In this document: positions 18,221 to 28,012 of the stretch, in pieces
Layout: every line of letters starts with the position of its first letter
How positions within the stretch are numbered: the first letter of the stretch is position 1
Assembly: GCA_964497425.1 (NCBI GenBank)
Contig: CAZCCR010000006.1
Coordinates: 13,306-77,305, forward strand
Reading direction: 5' to 3'
Source of the DNA: an uncultured Gaiellales bacterium
Lineage (GTDB): Bacteria; Actinomycetota; Thermoleophilia; BMS3ABIN01
Length of the DNA stretch: 64,000 nucleotides
The notes under the pieces: model-generated
Databases searched by the model: none
The model's input: only the letters and a program-made list of their open reading frames with translations
Told to the model about the DNA's origin: nothing
Program-made: the position numbers and the translations under genes

Positions 18221-19588
18221 TCAACTCTTTTGTTCCCCATCTTCCGATTCCGTAACTTCCCTGATCTCCCTCATGCGGCGCTCAAGCTCCTGCTCGAAGC
18301 CGCGTCCCGATGGGCGGTAATACCGCCGGGCTTCCATGCCGTCGGGGAAGTAGTCCTGCCGTACCCTGCCGCCGGGATAATCATGCGGATAAAGGTATCC
18401 CTCGCCATGGCCGAGGCTGGCGGCTCCCCGGTAGCTGGAGTCCCGCAGGTGCCTGGGCGGCCGGCGGGTCCCCTCTCCGGCCACATCCTTCATCGCCTCG
18501 TTGACAGCTTTGCAGGATGCGTTGCTCCTGTGAGCGAGGGAGAGGTAGGCGGCCCCCTGGGCCAGGTTGATCCTGCATTCAGGCAGGCCTACGAACTCCA
18601 CGGCCCGTGAGACCGCCACCGCCAGCGGCAAAGCCTGGGGGTCGGCGTTGCCGATGTCCTCCGAGGCGAAGATGACCATCCTCCGGGCTATGTACTTCGG
18701 ATCCTCCCCACCTGTGAGCATCACCGCCATCCAGTAGATGGCCGCGTCCGGGTCGCCGCCGCGCATGCTCTTGATAAAGGCGGAGACGGCATCGAAGTGA
18801 AGGTCACCCTCCTTCTGGTAGAAGACCGGTTTACGGTTGATGGCCTCCGCGATGGTTTCAGCCGGGATATCGCCTTCGTGTGAGGCGGGCACCAGTCCCG
18901 CCGCCGCCTCCAGGATGGACAGCGCCGCCCGCGCGTCACCGGCGCTGGCGCCGATGATGGCCGAGGCGCCGGCCTGGCTCAGGTTGAGCTCCCTGTTCCC
19001 CAGGCCTCGCTCCCGGTCACTGAGGGCGCGCCTGAGCAGGGCGTCGACCTCTTCGGCCTGGAGCGGTCTGAACTCATAAAGCTCGCAGCGGGAGATCAGG
19101 GGGTTGATTATCTCGAAGTACGGGTTCTCCGTGGTGGCGCCCACCAGTATCACCACACCGCTCTCGACCACCGGCAGCAGGGCATCCTGCTGCGCCTTGC
19201 TGAAACGGTGGATCTCGTCCACGAAGAGGATGGTGCGCTGCTGGTGGAAGGCCAGCCGGTCCTGGGCCTCGGTGAAGACCTTCCTCAGGTCGGCGACGCC
19301 GGAGTTCACGGCGCTGACCTGGCGGAACAGCGAGCGGCTGACGCCGGCGATGATGCGGGCCAGGCTGGTCTTGCCCGTCCCCGGCGGCCCGAAGAATATC
19401 ATCGAGGAAAGGCTGTCGGATTCTATCGCCCGTCTGAGCGCGCCGTCCGGGGCCAGTATCTCCTTCTGGCCGGCGAACTCGTCCAGGCTGCGGGGACGCA
19501 TGCGCCAGGCCAGGGGCGCATCGGCGCCCGCGTCTTCACCGGAACCATCCTGGTGGAAGAGGTCTGGTTCTTCCCGGCCGTCTCTCAT
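18221..19588 (-). CDS. rarA: Replication-associated recombination protein A (AAA+)
   Basis: PLAWRMRP; GPPGTGKT; DEIHRFSKAQQD; GATTENP; SAFIKSMRGGDPDAA; YLYPHD. Confidence 0.96.
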   Translation of the reverse strand: MRDGREEPDLFHQDGSGEDAGADAPLAWRMRPRSLDEFAGQKEILAPDGALRRAIESDSLSSMIFFGPPGTGKTSLARIIAGVSRSLFRQVSAVNSGVADLRKVFTEAQDRLAFHQQRTILFVDEIHRFSKAQQDALLPVVESGVVILVGATTENPYFEIINPLISRCELYEFRPLQAEEVDALLRRALSDRERGLGNRELNLSQAGASAIIGASAGDARAALSILEAAAGLVPASHEGDIPAETIAEAINRKPVFYQKEGDLHFDAVSAFIKSMRGGDPDAAIYWMAVMLTGGEDPKYIARRMVIFASEDIGNADPQALPLAVAVSRAVEFVGLPECRINLAQGAAYLSLAHRSNASCKAVNEAMKDVAGEGTRRPPRHLRDSSYRGAASLGHGEGYLYPHDYPGGRVRQDYFPDGMEARRYYRPSGRGFEQELERRMREIREVTESEDGEQKS

Positions 19589-19635
19589 CCTGTGATTCTA
19601 ACACGGAGCCACGACGCCGGCACCGGGGCCGTTCC

Positions 19636-19664
19636 TTGATAGTTTCCCGTGCCGGGGCTAGAAT
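19636..19664 (+). promoter_or_regulatory. Sigma70-type promoter of the HNH gene
   Basis: TTGATA-N17-TAGAAT. Confidence 0.55.
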
Positions 19665-19705
19665 TCTCATGAACCAGCCAGAGTGTGAGGAAGGAACCGC
19701 GGTCA

Positions 19706-20218
19706 ATGGGAAACAGGGTCCTGGTGCTCAATGCCACCTACGAACCACTCAATATATGTACCGCCAAACGGGCTGTCGTGCTCATGCTCAAGAGCAAGGC
19801 TGAGGCCCTCGAGGTCTCGGACAGGGAGTTCCACTCCGCCGAGATGACGGTGCCTGTCCCCGACGTCATCCGTCTCAACTATTATGTGCGCATACCCCGC
19901 GGCGGCCGGCGCCGGGTGTCGCGGCGGGCGGTACTGGCACGGGACCGGCACCGCTGCCAGTACTGCGGTTCCAGCCGCCATCTCACAATCGACCATGTCG
20001 TTCCCCGCAGCCGCGGCGGCGACACCTCCTGGGAGAACATCGTCACCTCCTGCGCGCCATGCAACGCCCGCAAGGGGGACCGCCTTCCCCGTGAGGCGAA
20101 CATGCGGCTGAGGGCCAGGCCGCGGCCTCCGGAGCCGCTGGCGTTCATCTATCTCGCCGTCAGCGATATCCACCGCTCCTGGAGGCGCTATCTCGAGTAT
20201 GCGCCCGCCTCGTCCTGA
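19706..20218 (+). CDS. HNH endonuclease (McrA-like)
   Basis: VLVLNATYEPL; RDRHRCQYCG...TIDHVVPRSRGG...WENIVTSCAPCNARKG. Confidence 0.92.
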   Translation: MGNRVLVLNATYEPLNICTAKRAVVLMLKSKAEALEVSDREFHSAEMTVPVPDVIRLNYYVRIPRGGRRRVSRRAVLARDRHRCQYCGSSRHLTIDHVVPRSRGGDTSWENIVTSCAPCNARKGDRLPREANMRLRARPRPPEPLAFIYLAVSDIHRSWRRYLEYAPASS

Positions 20219-20241
20219 GGACGCGGCTGAAGCGGCATAGT

Positions 20242-20270
20242 TTGACACTGCGCCAGTCGCTGTCTAATCT
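20242..20270 (+). promoter_or_regulatory. Sigma70-type promoter
   Basis: TTGACA-N17-TAATCT upstream of the nucleotidyltransferase gene. Confidence 0.6.
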
Positions 20271-20298
20271 AATCCAAGCCATTCCAACTGGAGGATAA

Positions 20299-21408
20299 TT
20301 GAAAGCTGTCATACTGGTCGGAGGCCAAGGGACCAGGCTCCGTCCGCTCACCCTCGCCAAACCCAAACCGATGGTGCCGCTGGCCAACAAGCCTTTCGTG
20401 GCTTATGTCCTGGAACACCTGAAGGAACACGGCATAGTCGATATCGTCTTCTCCATGGGCTATCTGCCGGAAGGCATCGAGGCTTTTTTCGGCGACGGGT
20501 CGGGGTTCGGCGTCAACCTCACCTACGTGGTGGAGGACCATCCCCTGGGCACGGCCGGCGCCGTGAAGAACGTGGAGGAGCATGTCAGGAACGATGACTT
20601 CCTCGTGCTCAACGGCGACATCCTCACGGACCTGGATATCAGCGACATGATAGAGAAGCACCGGGCCCGGGAAGCGGTGGGGACCATCTCGCTGACGCCG
20701 GTGGAAGACCCGACCGCATACGGCCTGGTGCGGACCGGCCCGGAGGAAGAGGTCCTGGGCTTCCTGGAGAAGCCCAGCTGGGACCAGATAGACACCAACC
20801 TGATAAACGCCGGCACCTACATCCTCAGGAACGAGGTGCTGGATATGATCCCTGCCGGCAGCGAGTACTCCTTCGAGCGGGGGGTCTTCCCGCGGCTGGT
20901 GGGCAAGGGGCTCTATGGTTACAGCAGCGCCGCCTACTGGATGGACATCGGCACCCCCGAAAAGTACCTGCAGGCCCATTACGATATCCTGGAGAAGAAC
21001 GTGGAGACCAGTGTCTCCCACTGCCTGGACAACGACTTCGTCTGCCTGCAGGGAACGGTGCGCCTGGAGACCGGCGCCAAGATAGTGCCGCCGGTTATCA
21101 TCGGCAAGGGCACCACCATCCATGCCGGCGCCCGCGTCGGGCGCATGGCGGTGATCGGCGCCGGCTGCTCCATCGCCTCCGGCTGCGCTATTGAGGAATC
21201 GATTATCCAGGACGGCGTCAGCCTGGAAAGGGGCGTCCGCGTCAGCCAGAGTATCGTCGCCTGCGGTGCCAGCGTCGGCGCCGGCAGCGTGGTGGCGGGA
21301 GGCTCCATCGTCGGGGATGATGCTTCCATCGGCGCGGACAACATGCTAACCAACCATATCCGGATATATCCCGGCACCGTGGTGAAGGAGGGCTGTATCA
21401 GGTTCTGA
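20299..21408 (+). CDS. Mannose-1-phosphate guanylyltransferase-like NDP-sugar pyrophosphorylase
   Basis: LVGGQGTRLRPLT..PKPMVP; PLGTAGA; LNGDIL; WMDIGTPEKYL; C-terminal hexapeptide repeats. Confidence 0.9.
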   Translation: MKAVILVGGQGTRLRPLTLAKPKPMVPLANKPFVAYVLEHLKEHGIVDIVFSMGYLPEGIEAFFGDGSGFGVNLTYVVEDHPLGTAGAVKNVEEHVRNDDFLVLNGDILTDLDISDMIEKHRAREAVGTISLTPVEDPTAYGLVRTGPEEEVLGFLEKPSWDQIDTNLINAGTYILRNEVLDMIPAGSEYSFERGVFPRLVGKGLYGYSSAAYWMDIGTPEKYLQAHYDILEKNVETSVSHCLDNDFVCLQGTVRLETGAKIVPPVIIGKGTTIHAGARVGRMAVIGAGCSIASGCAIEESIIQDGVSLERGVRVSQSIVACGASVGAGSVVAGGSIVGDDASIGADNMLTNHIRIYPGTVVKEGCIRF

Positions 21409-21480
21409 ACCGGCCCCGGCGGACCGCGTGATCATCCAACGGCCGCCCGGCGCCTGCCTGTTGCGGCACCACCGCCGGGT

Positions 21481-22149
21481 TTACCGCGAGCGCAGGTTCT
21501 CCAGCGCCAGGCCGGCCGCTTCCCCCACCGTCTTCTGCCGCAGCTCGCCGTCTTCGTAGATACGGAAACGCCCGTCGTCATCACTCAGACTCTCCAGCAG
21601 GGGCGCGACCTCCTGAAAAGGCAGCCGCGCCGCAGCCCAGGCGGCTGTGCCCCGGGTGCGGGGATCATCGTTCTCGAGGCTGGACAGGAGCAGCTCGCGC
21701 GCCCCCTCGACATCGTCGACGCCGGCCTCCGCCATGCGGCCCAGGGCCCAGAGGACACCGCGGAGGAAGACGCCTTCCTCGTCCTCGCCATGGAAGCCGA
21801 GCAGGATGGTGGGCAGGTCGCTGTAGGGCCGGGGGGTGACCCTCACTATCTCACCCAGCAGCTCCGGTGCGCTCCAGCCCATGCCTCCGGACTCTTCCCG
21901 GGCCGACCAGATGATGCGGCGGATGGCGTTCCTGACGATGGCCGAGTCCTGTTCCCGGGTGATCCGTCCGGCGGCGATGCCCATGGCCTCGATGGCGCGC
22001 CAGCTGAGCAGGTCGTCCTTGTTGAAGGACATGGAGATGAGGAGGGTGAGGACCTTGCGGTTCTCAAGCGCCAGCTCCGCGACACTTTCGAAATCCGCGT
22101 CGGCCAGCGCCCGGCGTAGCGCCTTCCTGATGGAGCCGATGGAAGCCAA
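21481..22149 (-). CDS. DVU0298-family HEAT-repeat protein
   Basis: WRAIEAMG...RRIIWSAREESGGMGWSAPELLGEI; C-terminal FRIYEDGELRQKTVGE. Confidence 0.7.
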   Translation of the reverse strand: MASIGSIRKALRRALADADFESVAELALENRKVLTLLISMSFNKDDLLSWRAIEAMGIAAGRITREQDSAIVRNAIRRIIWSAREESGGMGWSAPELLGEIVRVTPRPYSDLPTILLGFHGEDEEGVFLRGVLWALGRMAEAGVDDVEGARELLLSSLENDDPRTRGTAAWAAARLPFQEVAPLLESLSDDDGRFRIYEDGELRQKTVGEAAGLALENLRSR

Positions 22150-22167
22150 GGACCGCTCCAGCCCGGC

Positions 22168-23460
22168 TCAGCGGCCGATGCCCTCGTAGGTGAAGCCCGC
22201 CTCCCGTACTTCAGACGGGTCGAGGAAGTTGCGTCCGTCGATGATGAGGTGGTTGTTCATCAGCTGCTTCATCCTGTCCAGAGGGAGATGGGCGAACTCT
22301 TCCCATTCGGTCACCAGCACCGCTGCGTCGCAGCCCTCGACAGCCGAGAGCAGGTCGTCGCAGAGGAGCACACCGCGCACCGCCCTGGCGGCGTGCGGGA
22401 TTGCCACAGGGTCGTAGGCCTTGACGTATGCGCCGTCCCCCATCAGCCGCGAGGCGAGGACGATGGACGATGCCTCACGCAGGTCGTCGGTGTTGGGTTT
22501 GAAAGCCAGCCCCAGCAGGGCGATACTCTTGTCCGCCAGCACCCCCAGGTGTTTCTTCAGCTTGTTCACCACGCGGCGCTTCTGCAGCTCGTTCACCTCG
22601 ATGACGGCGTTGAGCAGCTGGAAGTGGTATCCGGTATTGCCGGCGATCTGTTTCAGCGCCGTCACATCCTTGGGGAAGCAGGACCCGCCGAAACCGATGC
22701 CGGCATTGAGGAAATGGGGTCCGATGCGATGGTCCAGCCCCATGCCGTCGGCGACCACGGTGACATCCGCGCCCACCTCCTCGCAGACGTTGGCGATCTC
22801 GTTGATGAAGGAGATCTTGGTGGCGAGAAAGGCGTTGGAGGCATACTTGATCATCTCCGCCGTGGGGATGTTGGTCCTGAGGACAGGCGCTTCGATATTA
22901 TCGTAGAGTGCTGCCACCTTGTCCCCCGCTTCCTGCTTGCGCGAGCCGATGATTATACGGTCCGGCTCCATGAAGTCCCCCAGGGCCGAACCTTCGCGCA
23001 GGAACTCGGGGTTGGATACATACTCGATGTTCCCCGTCTCCATCCTGGCCAGCTCAGCGCTGATCTTGCTGCCGGTGCCCACCGGTACCGTGCTCTTCAT
23101 CACCAGGATATGGTCGTCGGTGGACAGGCCGGGCAGGGCCGACATCACCTGGAAGACCCGGCTCAGGTCTGCGTCGCCGGTAAAGGTGGGCGGCGTATCC
23201 ACAGCGATATAGACGATCTCGCAGCGTCCGAAGACGTCCTCCAGCGAGGTGGTGAAGGTCATCCTCTCCCTGTTCTTCGCTATCAGCTCCGGCAGCCCCG
23301 GTTCATAGATGGGCACTTCGCCCTCTTCCAGCAGCGCGATCTTCTCCGCGTCGATATCCATGCAGACTACGTCATGGCCGAGGTCGGCCAGGCAGGTGCT
23401 GGTCACCAGGCCTACGTAGCCGATGCCGATGACGCCGACCGCTTTTCTCTCAGGGCTCAT
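22168..23460 (-). CDS. ugd: UDP-glucose/GDP-mannose dehydrogenase
   Basis: GIGYVG; SNPEFLREG; EMIKYASNAFLATKIS; GFGGSCFPKD; LGLAFKPNTDDLR. Confidence 0.95.
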   Translation of the reverse strand: MSPERKAVGVIGIGYVGLVTSTCLADLGHDVVCMDIDAEKIALLEEGEVPIYEPGLPELIAKNRERMTFTTSLEDVFGRCEIVYIAVDTPPTFTGDADLSRVFQVMSALPGLSTDDHILVMKSTVPVGTGSKISAELARMETGNIEYVSNPEFLREGSALGDFMEPDRIIIGSRKQEAGDKVAALYDNIEAPVLRTNIPTAEMIKYASNAFLATKISFINEIANVCEEVGADVTVVADGMGLDHRIGPHFLNAGIGFGGSCFPKDVTALKQIAGNTGYHFQLLNAVIEVNELQKRRVVNKLKKHLGVLADKSIALLGLAFKPNTDDLREASSIVLASRLMGDGAYVKAYDPVAIPHAARAVRGVLLCDDLLSAVEGCDAAVLVTEWEEFAHLPLDRMKQLMNNHLIIDGRNFLDPSEVREAGFTYEGIGR

Positions 23461-23538
23461 TTACGCTCGCCTCCTGACGGGCAGTTTCATTGATTGACAG
23501 CGCTCGGTGCGCGGTGGTTCAAGAGGGCCGCTTCCCGC

Positions 23539-25293
23539 TCATTGTGCCGGCCTGAAAGAAACGGCCAGCCTCAGCATGGTATCCTCGCTGAGCGAGTCCT
23601 GCAACGAGTTGGTGATCCAGAACACCTGGTCCCCGTCCTCCCAGGCCAGGTACCGCAGCGTATCGTCGGCACAGAAGAAGCGGTAGGTCCGGCCGTCTAT
23701 CTCCCGCTCGACGCTGGGCGCCTCCAGCAGCGGCGCATCCTTGAAGGTGGTCTCCATGATGCCCCAGTAATCGCCCTTCTCGTTCTGGGCCACCACCTTC
23801 AGCGCCGGCTGCGGCCCGTCGTCCGTGTCGATCTCGTAGGGATGGAAGTCCACATAGTCGAACTCCACAGGGAAATCCCCTGGCTTCTGCACCGTGAAGG
23901 GCAGCTGCAGGTCTGCGGCCTTCCAGCGCAGTTCACCGGCGTCGCTGTCAGCCTCGAAATGAACGCCGGGATGATTGCCGCTGTCAGCCGGTGCCGGCTG
24001 GGCCTGGTAGCTGTCGCCCAGCACCAGCAGCAGCTGCGCCTGGGTGTCCGTCCCGGCGGGCATGGGTCCGATGTCGCATGGCGCGAAGAGGCGGGCCAGG
24101 TCCTCAGCCGCTCCCTGGCTCCCCTCTGTGTAGAACACCTGTGTCCGGGCGTAACTGCCGGCGGCGTTGCCGCCGACGCTGACCGACAGGCAGCCCTTGT
24201 CCGTCAGCATGCTTGCCGCCGATGAGGCCGCCCCCTCGACGCCGTTGCCGTTGAGTACTTCGATCGCTGTCTTCTTCGTCTCCTCCGCGGGGCCCGCCGG
24301 GGCCGTCTGCGGCTCCGGCTCCGGTTCCGGCCGGTTGAACTCGGGGGACTGGAAGGCTGCTATCACTTCAGGCAGCTGTTCTTTGGACAGCACCAGGTAG
24401 CTGCCGCCACCAGCCTCCTGGATCGGCGCCTGGGCCTGATAGATGCGGTCCCGGTCAACGGAAAGGATGAACTTCGTCAGGGAGAGGACCTCGGAGCGGC
24501 CGATATCGGATGTGGTGTTGCTGGCGAAGACATCCGCCAGCTCCGGTATCTTGGTGAAGTTGCCCCACTTGAGGGATTGGGCCTTGACGTCGCGGATGAA
24601 ATACTGCTGGCGTTTTATACGCACGAAGTCGCTGTCGGTATGGCGGTAGCGCACATAGGCGAGGGCGTCGTCCCCGTTGAGCTTCTGGTAGCCGGGGTAG
24701 ATGTCGATGGGTTCGTAAGCCTCGCCCCAGGGGGCGTCGCTGTTGTCATTGAAATATCGCCGGTCCACATCGGCATAGACGCCGCCCATGGCGTCAACAG
24801 CCTTGCGGAAGCCTTCGTAGTTGAGCAGCACGAAATGATGGATGGGCAGGCCTGTCAGTTCGCGGATGGTCTCTATGGAAAGGGGCACTCCGCCGATGGC
24901 GTAGGCGGCGTTTATCTTGTCCTGGCCCACTCCGGGGATATCCACCAGAAGGTCTCGCGGTATGGAGAGCATGGAGAGACATTCTCCCTGGGGATTCACC
25001 CTCACCAGCATGATGGAATCGGAACGGGTGGAGTCACCGTCGGGGTCCTCATCCGTGCCCATCAGCAGGATGTTCACCGGTTCGTCGGGGAGGGGGATAT
25101 CCAGCTGTTGCCTGGCCTCGTATATGACTTCGGTGTTGAGGCCTATCTTTCCCAGGGTACGGTAGACGAAGATGAAGCCCGCCAGCCCTACGGAGAGGAT
25201 GATTATCAGGATGGACAGAAGCGTCCACTTGATGATCCTCTTCCAGAGAGCAGGCTTCCGGTAGTGCCTCCCGTTCTTGTTAAAGATACCCAT
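23539..25293 (-). CDS. LCP (LytR-CpsA-Psr) cell-wall polymer ligase with LytR_C and an extra C-terminal domain
   Basis: N-terminal TM; NILLMGTD, RSDSIML, SIPRD, KINAAY, LAYVRYR, RIKRQQ; later EVLNGNG (LytR_C). Confidence 0.92.
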   Translation of the reverse strand: MGIFNKNGRHYRKPALWKRIIKWTLLSILIIILSVGLAGFIFVYRTLGKIGLNTEVIYEARQQLDIPLPDEPVNILLMGTDEDPDGDSTRSDSIMLVRVNPQGECLSMLSIPRDLLVDIPGVGQDKINAAYAIGGVPLSIETIRELTGLPIHHFVLLNYEGFRKAVDAMGGVYADVDRRYFNDNSDAPWGEAYEPIDIYPGYQKLNGDDALAYVRYRHTDSDFVRIKRQQYFIRDVKAQSLKWGNFTKIPELADVFASNTTSDIGRSEVLSLTKFILSVDRDRIYQAQAPIQEAGGGSYLVLSKEQLPEVIAAFQSPEFNRPEPEPEPQTAPAGPAEETKKTAIEVLNGNGVEGAASSAASMLTDKGCLSVSVGGNAAGSYARTQVFYTEGSQGAAEDLARLFAPCDIGPMPAGTDTQAQLLLVLGDSYQAQPAPADSGNHPGVHFEADSDAGELRWKAADLQLPFTVQKPGDFPVEFDYVDFHPYEIDTDDGPQPALKVVAQNEKGDYWGIMETTFKDAPLLEAPSVEREIDGRTYRFFCADDTLRYLAWEDGDQVFWITNSLQDSLSEDTMLRLAVSFRPAQ

Positions 25294-25359
25294 GGCCTAG
25301 CGAGGAATCCCTTTCGGCTTGCAAAAAAATTGCCTCCCAGGAGGCGAAAATCGCCGCTA

Positions 25360-25389
25360 ATTATACCCCAGCCGCCTGATTTCTGGCAA
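25360..25389 (-). promoter_or_regulatory. Sigma70-type promoter of the LCP-ugd operon
   Basis: Minus strand TTGCCA-N18-TATAAT. Confidence 0.6.
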
Positions 25390-25446
25390 GAAAGCCAACC
25401 CTGGGGCACGATACAGTATCCATCTTCGATACCCGGGTTGTTTATC

Positions 25447-26499
25447 CTACCCGGATGTGTCCCCTTTGATGCGGCCGCGCCGCTCGAGCGCGGTCCGTAC
25501 CTCTTCACGGAGGAAACCCTCCAGGCTGGCGGGACTCTCGCCCGAGGCGGTGAACCCCGCGGCCTGGGGATGGCCGCCGCCGCCCTTCTTCCTGGCGATG
25601 CGCTGGACGTTGACCGCGCCTCCTGAAGAGCGGAGGCTGACGCGGTAGCCCGGCTCTTCGCCGGCGCCCTCTTCCGGAGGCAAGGCGTAGATGAGTGCGG
25701 CCACCGTCACGCCTTCCAGTTCCCGCAGGCTGTTGATCAGGCCATCGGTGAGCTCCAGGCCGGCGCCGGCCCGGTTGAAATCCTCGCTCTCCAGCACACC
25801 GATAGCCAGGCGCCCGTCACACGCCAGTCTGAGGTTCTCTATCATCCGGCAGCGCAGGCGGGCTTTGGCCAGGGGCTCCGATTCATAGACCTTCCTGTAG
25901 ATGGCCGTATGGTCCACTCCGGCGGCCATCAGGTCGGCCGCTATCCTGAGGGTGGCGGGGCTGGTGGAGGCGTACTGGAAGCGGCCGCTGTCCACCAGGA
26001 TACCGGTATAGAGCGCATCGGCGATGGTTGGCGTTATCTCCGTTCCCATCCGCTTCATGACGAAGAAGAGGATCTCCGCCGTAGAGCTGGCGCTGCCGAT
26101 GACCAGGTTCACCTCACCGAAGTGGGGGTTGTCGCTGTGGTGGTCGATGTTGATGATCCTGGGGGCCTGCCTTACCAGTTCCTCGTTACCGATCCTCTCG
26201 GCGTTGCCACAGTCCACCACCACCAGGGTACGTTGGGCGGCGTCCGCCGGAGCCTGGCCGCGGACTATATCATCCATGCCCTGGAAGAAGCTGTATTCGG
26301 GAGCGATGGCATCCTGCTCGGAAAGGTACATGATGCTGTCGGCCCCCGCCTGGGTCATGGCGCCCTGCATGGCTACCAGGCAGCCCAGGGCGTCACCGTC
26401 GGGTTTGATATGGGTGGTGATGATTACTTTTTTCTGCCTGAGCAGGGCGTCGGCGGTAGCCTCGAGGGCCTTGTCTACTGACTTGGGTCCGGCCACCAC
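25447..26499 (-). CDS. nrnA: DHH/DHHA1 phosphoesterase (NrnA-like nanoRNase/pAp phosphatase)
   Basis: HIKPDGDALG; VVDCG; NIDHH; YTGILVDSGRF; GGGGHPQAAG. Confidence 0.88.
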   Translation of the reverse strand: MVAGPKSVDKALEATADALLRQKKVIITTHIKPDGDALGCLVAMQGAMTQAGADSIMYLSEQDAIAPEYSFFQGMDDIVRGQAPADAAQRTLVVVDCGNAERIGNEELVRQAPRIINIDHHSDNPHFGEVNLVIGSASSTAEILFFVMKRMGTEITPTIADALYTGILVDSGRFQYASTSPATLRIAADLMAAGVDHTAIYRKVYESEPLAKARLRCRMIENLRLACDGRLAIGVLESEDFNRAGAGLELTDGLINSLRELEGVTVAALIYALPPEEGAGEEPGYRVSLRSSGGAVNVQRIARKKGGGGHPQAAGFTASGESPASLEGFLREEVRTALERRGRIKGDTSG

Positions 26500-26508
26500 A
26501 GAAAGGCT

Positions 26509-27930
26509 TTACGGGATGTCGCCGGGCTTGCCGGCGGCCTGCAGCGGTTGCATGTAGTTGGAGACATCGGCGAACTCACGGGCGGCGCGCAGGATGCGGA
26601 ATATGTGGGTCAGACTCAGGCGGCGTGCCGCCAGGTCCTTGATCAGCCGTGTGGAGCGGCGCTTGACCACACCCGAGTGCAGGTAGGCGGCGCTATAGAG
26701 GCTGGCGAACTCCTGATAGAACTCCTTGGGGTCCAGTCTGGTGGGCAACACCGAATGGATGAAGTCATACAGCTCGTAGTTCCGGATCTGTATCTTCTTT
26801 TCCACCTCGCGGAAGAGGTCCGTCCCCGGCAGCGGTGTCAGCACTGTGAACTGGGGCAGGGAGATGCGGCGGCTGACGATGTAGTCCCGCAGCTGCTTGA
26901 AGTCGCTGTGGCCGAACTCCTGGTTGACGATGAAAGCCGTGGTCACCGAGAGCCCCTGGTCCTGGCATATCTTCAGCGCCTGCTCGTTGGTCTCTACGCT
27001 GTTCTTCTTGTTGACCGCCTTCAGGTCTTCCTGGTTGAGGCTCTCGAAGCCGATGAAGACATGCGAGAGGCCGATACCGCGCCACTGGGATATTATCTCC
27101 GGGTGCTTGCAGATGGTGTCGCTGCGCGCCTGGAAGGAGTAGCGCTTCCTGATACCGTTCTTCTCGATCAGCTCGCCTATCTCGCGCGCCCTTCTCACGC
27201 TGAGCAGGAAGTTGTCGTCTGTGATTAGGATATAGGGCTCGGGCCGGCGGGAAAGCTCCTCCACCACCCGCTGCGGGCTCTTGGTTCGGCAGCGGCCCTG
27301 GAAGAAGGCCCAGACGCTGCAGAAGTTGCAGCGGTGCGGACAGCCCCTGGCCGTCTCGATGGTGGCCATGGGCTTCCAGAAGTTGAAGAAGTACTTATGG
27401 CCCCGGCCCCGGGGCAGCAGCTGCCGGGCGGCGAAGGGCAGGTCGTCCATGTCCTTTACCGGCTCGCGGGGGCCGGTGAAGACCTGTCCGTCCTCCATGT
27501 TCAGCACCAGGCCGGACACATCCCTCAGGCTTGTTCCCGTCTCCAGGGCGCCGATGAGGTCTCGGCTGGCGAACTCCCCTTCGCCGATGACGACACAGTC
27601 GATGGCTTCATCGTCGAAGTCCGGAGGGTTGAGCGAGGCGTGCAGGCCGCCGACGAAGACGAAGGGTGAGTTGACCTGCTTGACTCTCTGGGCTATGCGG
27701 CGGGCGCGGTAGACATCGATGGTGAAACAGCAGCTGATGCCGACGGCGTCCGGGTTGAATGACCTGACCGCTTTTTCCAGGTCTTCGTCGATCCGCATGT
27801 CGTGGATGCGGACATCATGGTCGTCTGTGAGTGCGCCGGCCACCATCTCCAGACCGAGCGGCTCCACCCGCGCGATCTTGGTGAAACCGGGTTTGCCGAA
27901 CTGGGGTGGTTGTACAAGAAGGACCTTCAT
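26509..27930 (-). CDS. Cobalamin-binding radical SAM methyltransferase (class B), HpnR-like
   Basis: EPLGLE B12-binding region; GGLHAS; ETARGCPHRCNFC (CxxxCxxC); GFES; LTPLPGT. Confidence 0.85.
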   Translation of the reverse strand: MKVLLVQPPQFGKPGFTKIARVEPLGLEMVAGALTDDHDVRIHDMRIDEDLEKAVRSFNPDAVGISCCFTIDVYRARRIAQRVKQVNSPFVFVGGLHASLNPPDFDDEAIDCVVIGEGEFASRDLIGALETGTSLRDVSGLVLNMEDGQVFTGPREPVKDMDDLPFAARQLLPRGRGHKYFFNFWKPMATIETARGCPHRCNFCSVWAFFQGRCRTKSPQRVVEELSRRPEPYILITDDNFLLSVRRAREIGELIEKNGIRKRYSFQARSDTICKHPEIISQWRGIGLSHVFIGFESLNQEDLKAVNKKNSVETNEQALKICQDQGLSVTTAFIVNQEFGHSDFKQLRDYIVSRRISLPQFTVLTPLPGTDLFREVEKKIQIRNYELYDFIHSVLPTRLDPKEFYQEFASLYSAAYLHSGVVKRRSTRLIKDLAARRLSLTHIFRILRAAREFADVSNYMQPLQAAGKPGDIP

Positions 27931-28012
27931 ATCAGATAAAGCCTGCTTTCGAGTAGATGTTCATGCCGCTCTCCCCTTTAAGCAGCCTAAGGCATCCTAG
28001 ATTATTATCCGC

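Noticed and set aside
19706-20218. HNH gene as a homing endonuclease or mobile element
   Set aside because: It matches the widespread stand-alone VLVLNAxYEPL HNH family, has its own promoter, and has no intron, intein or terminal repeats.
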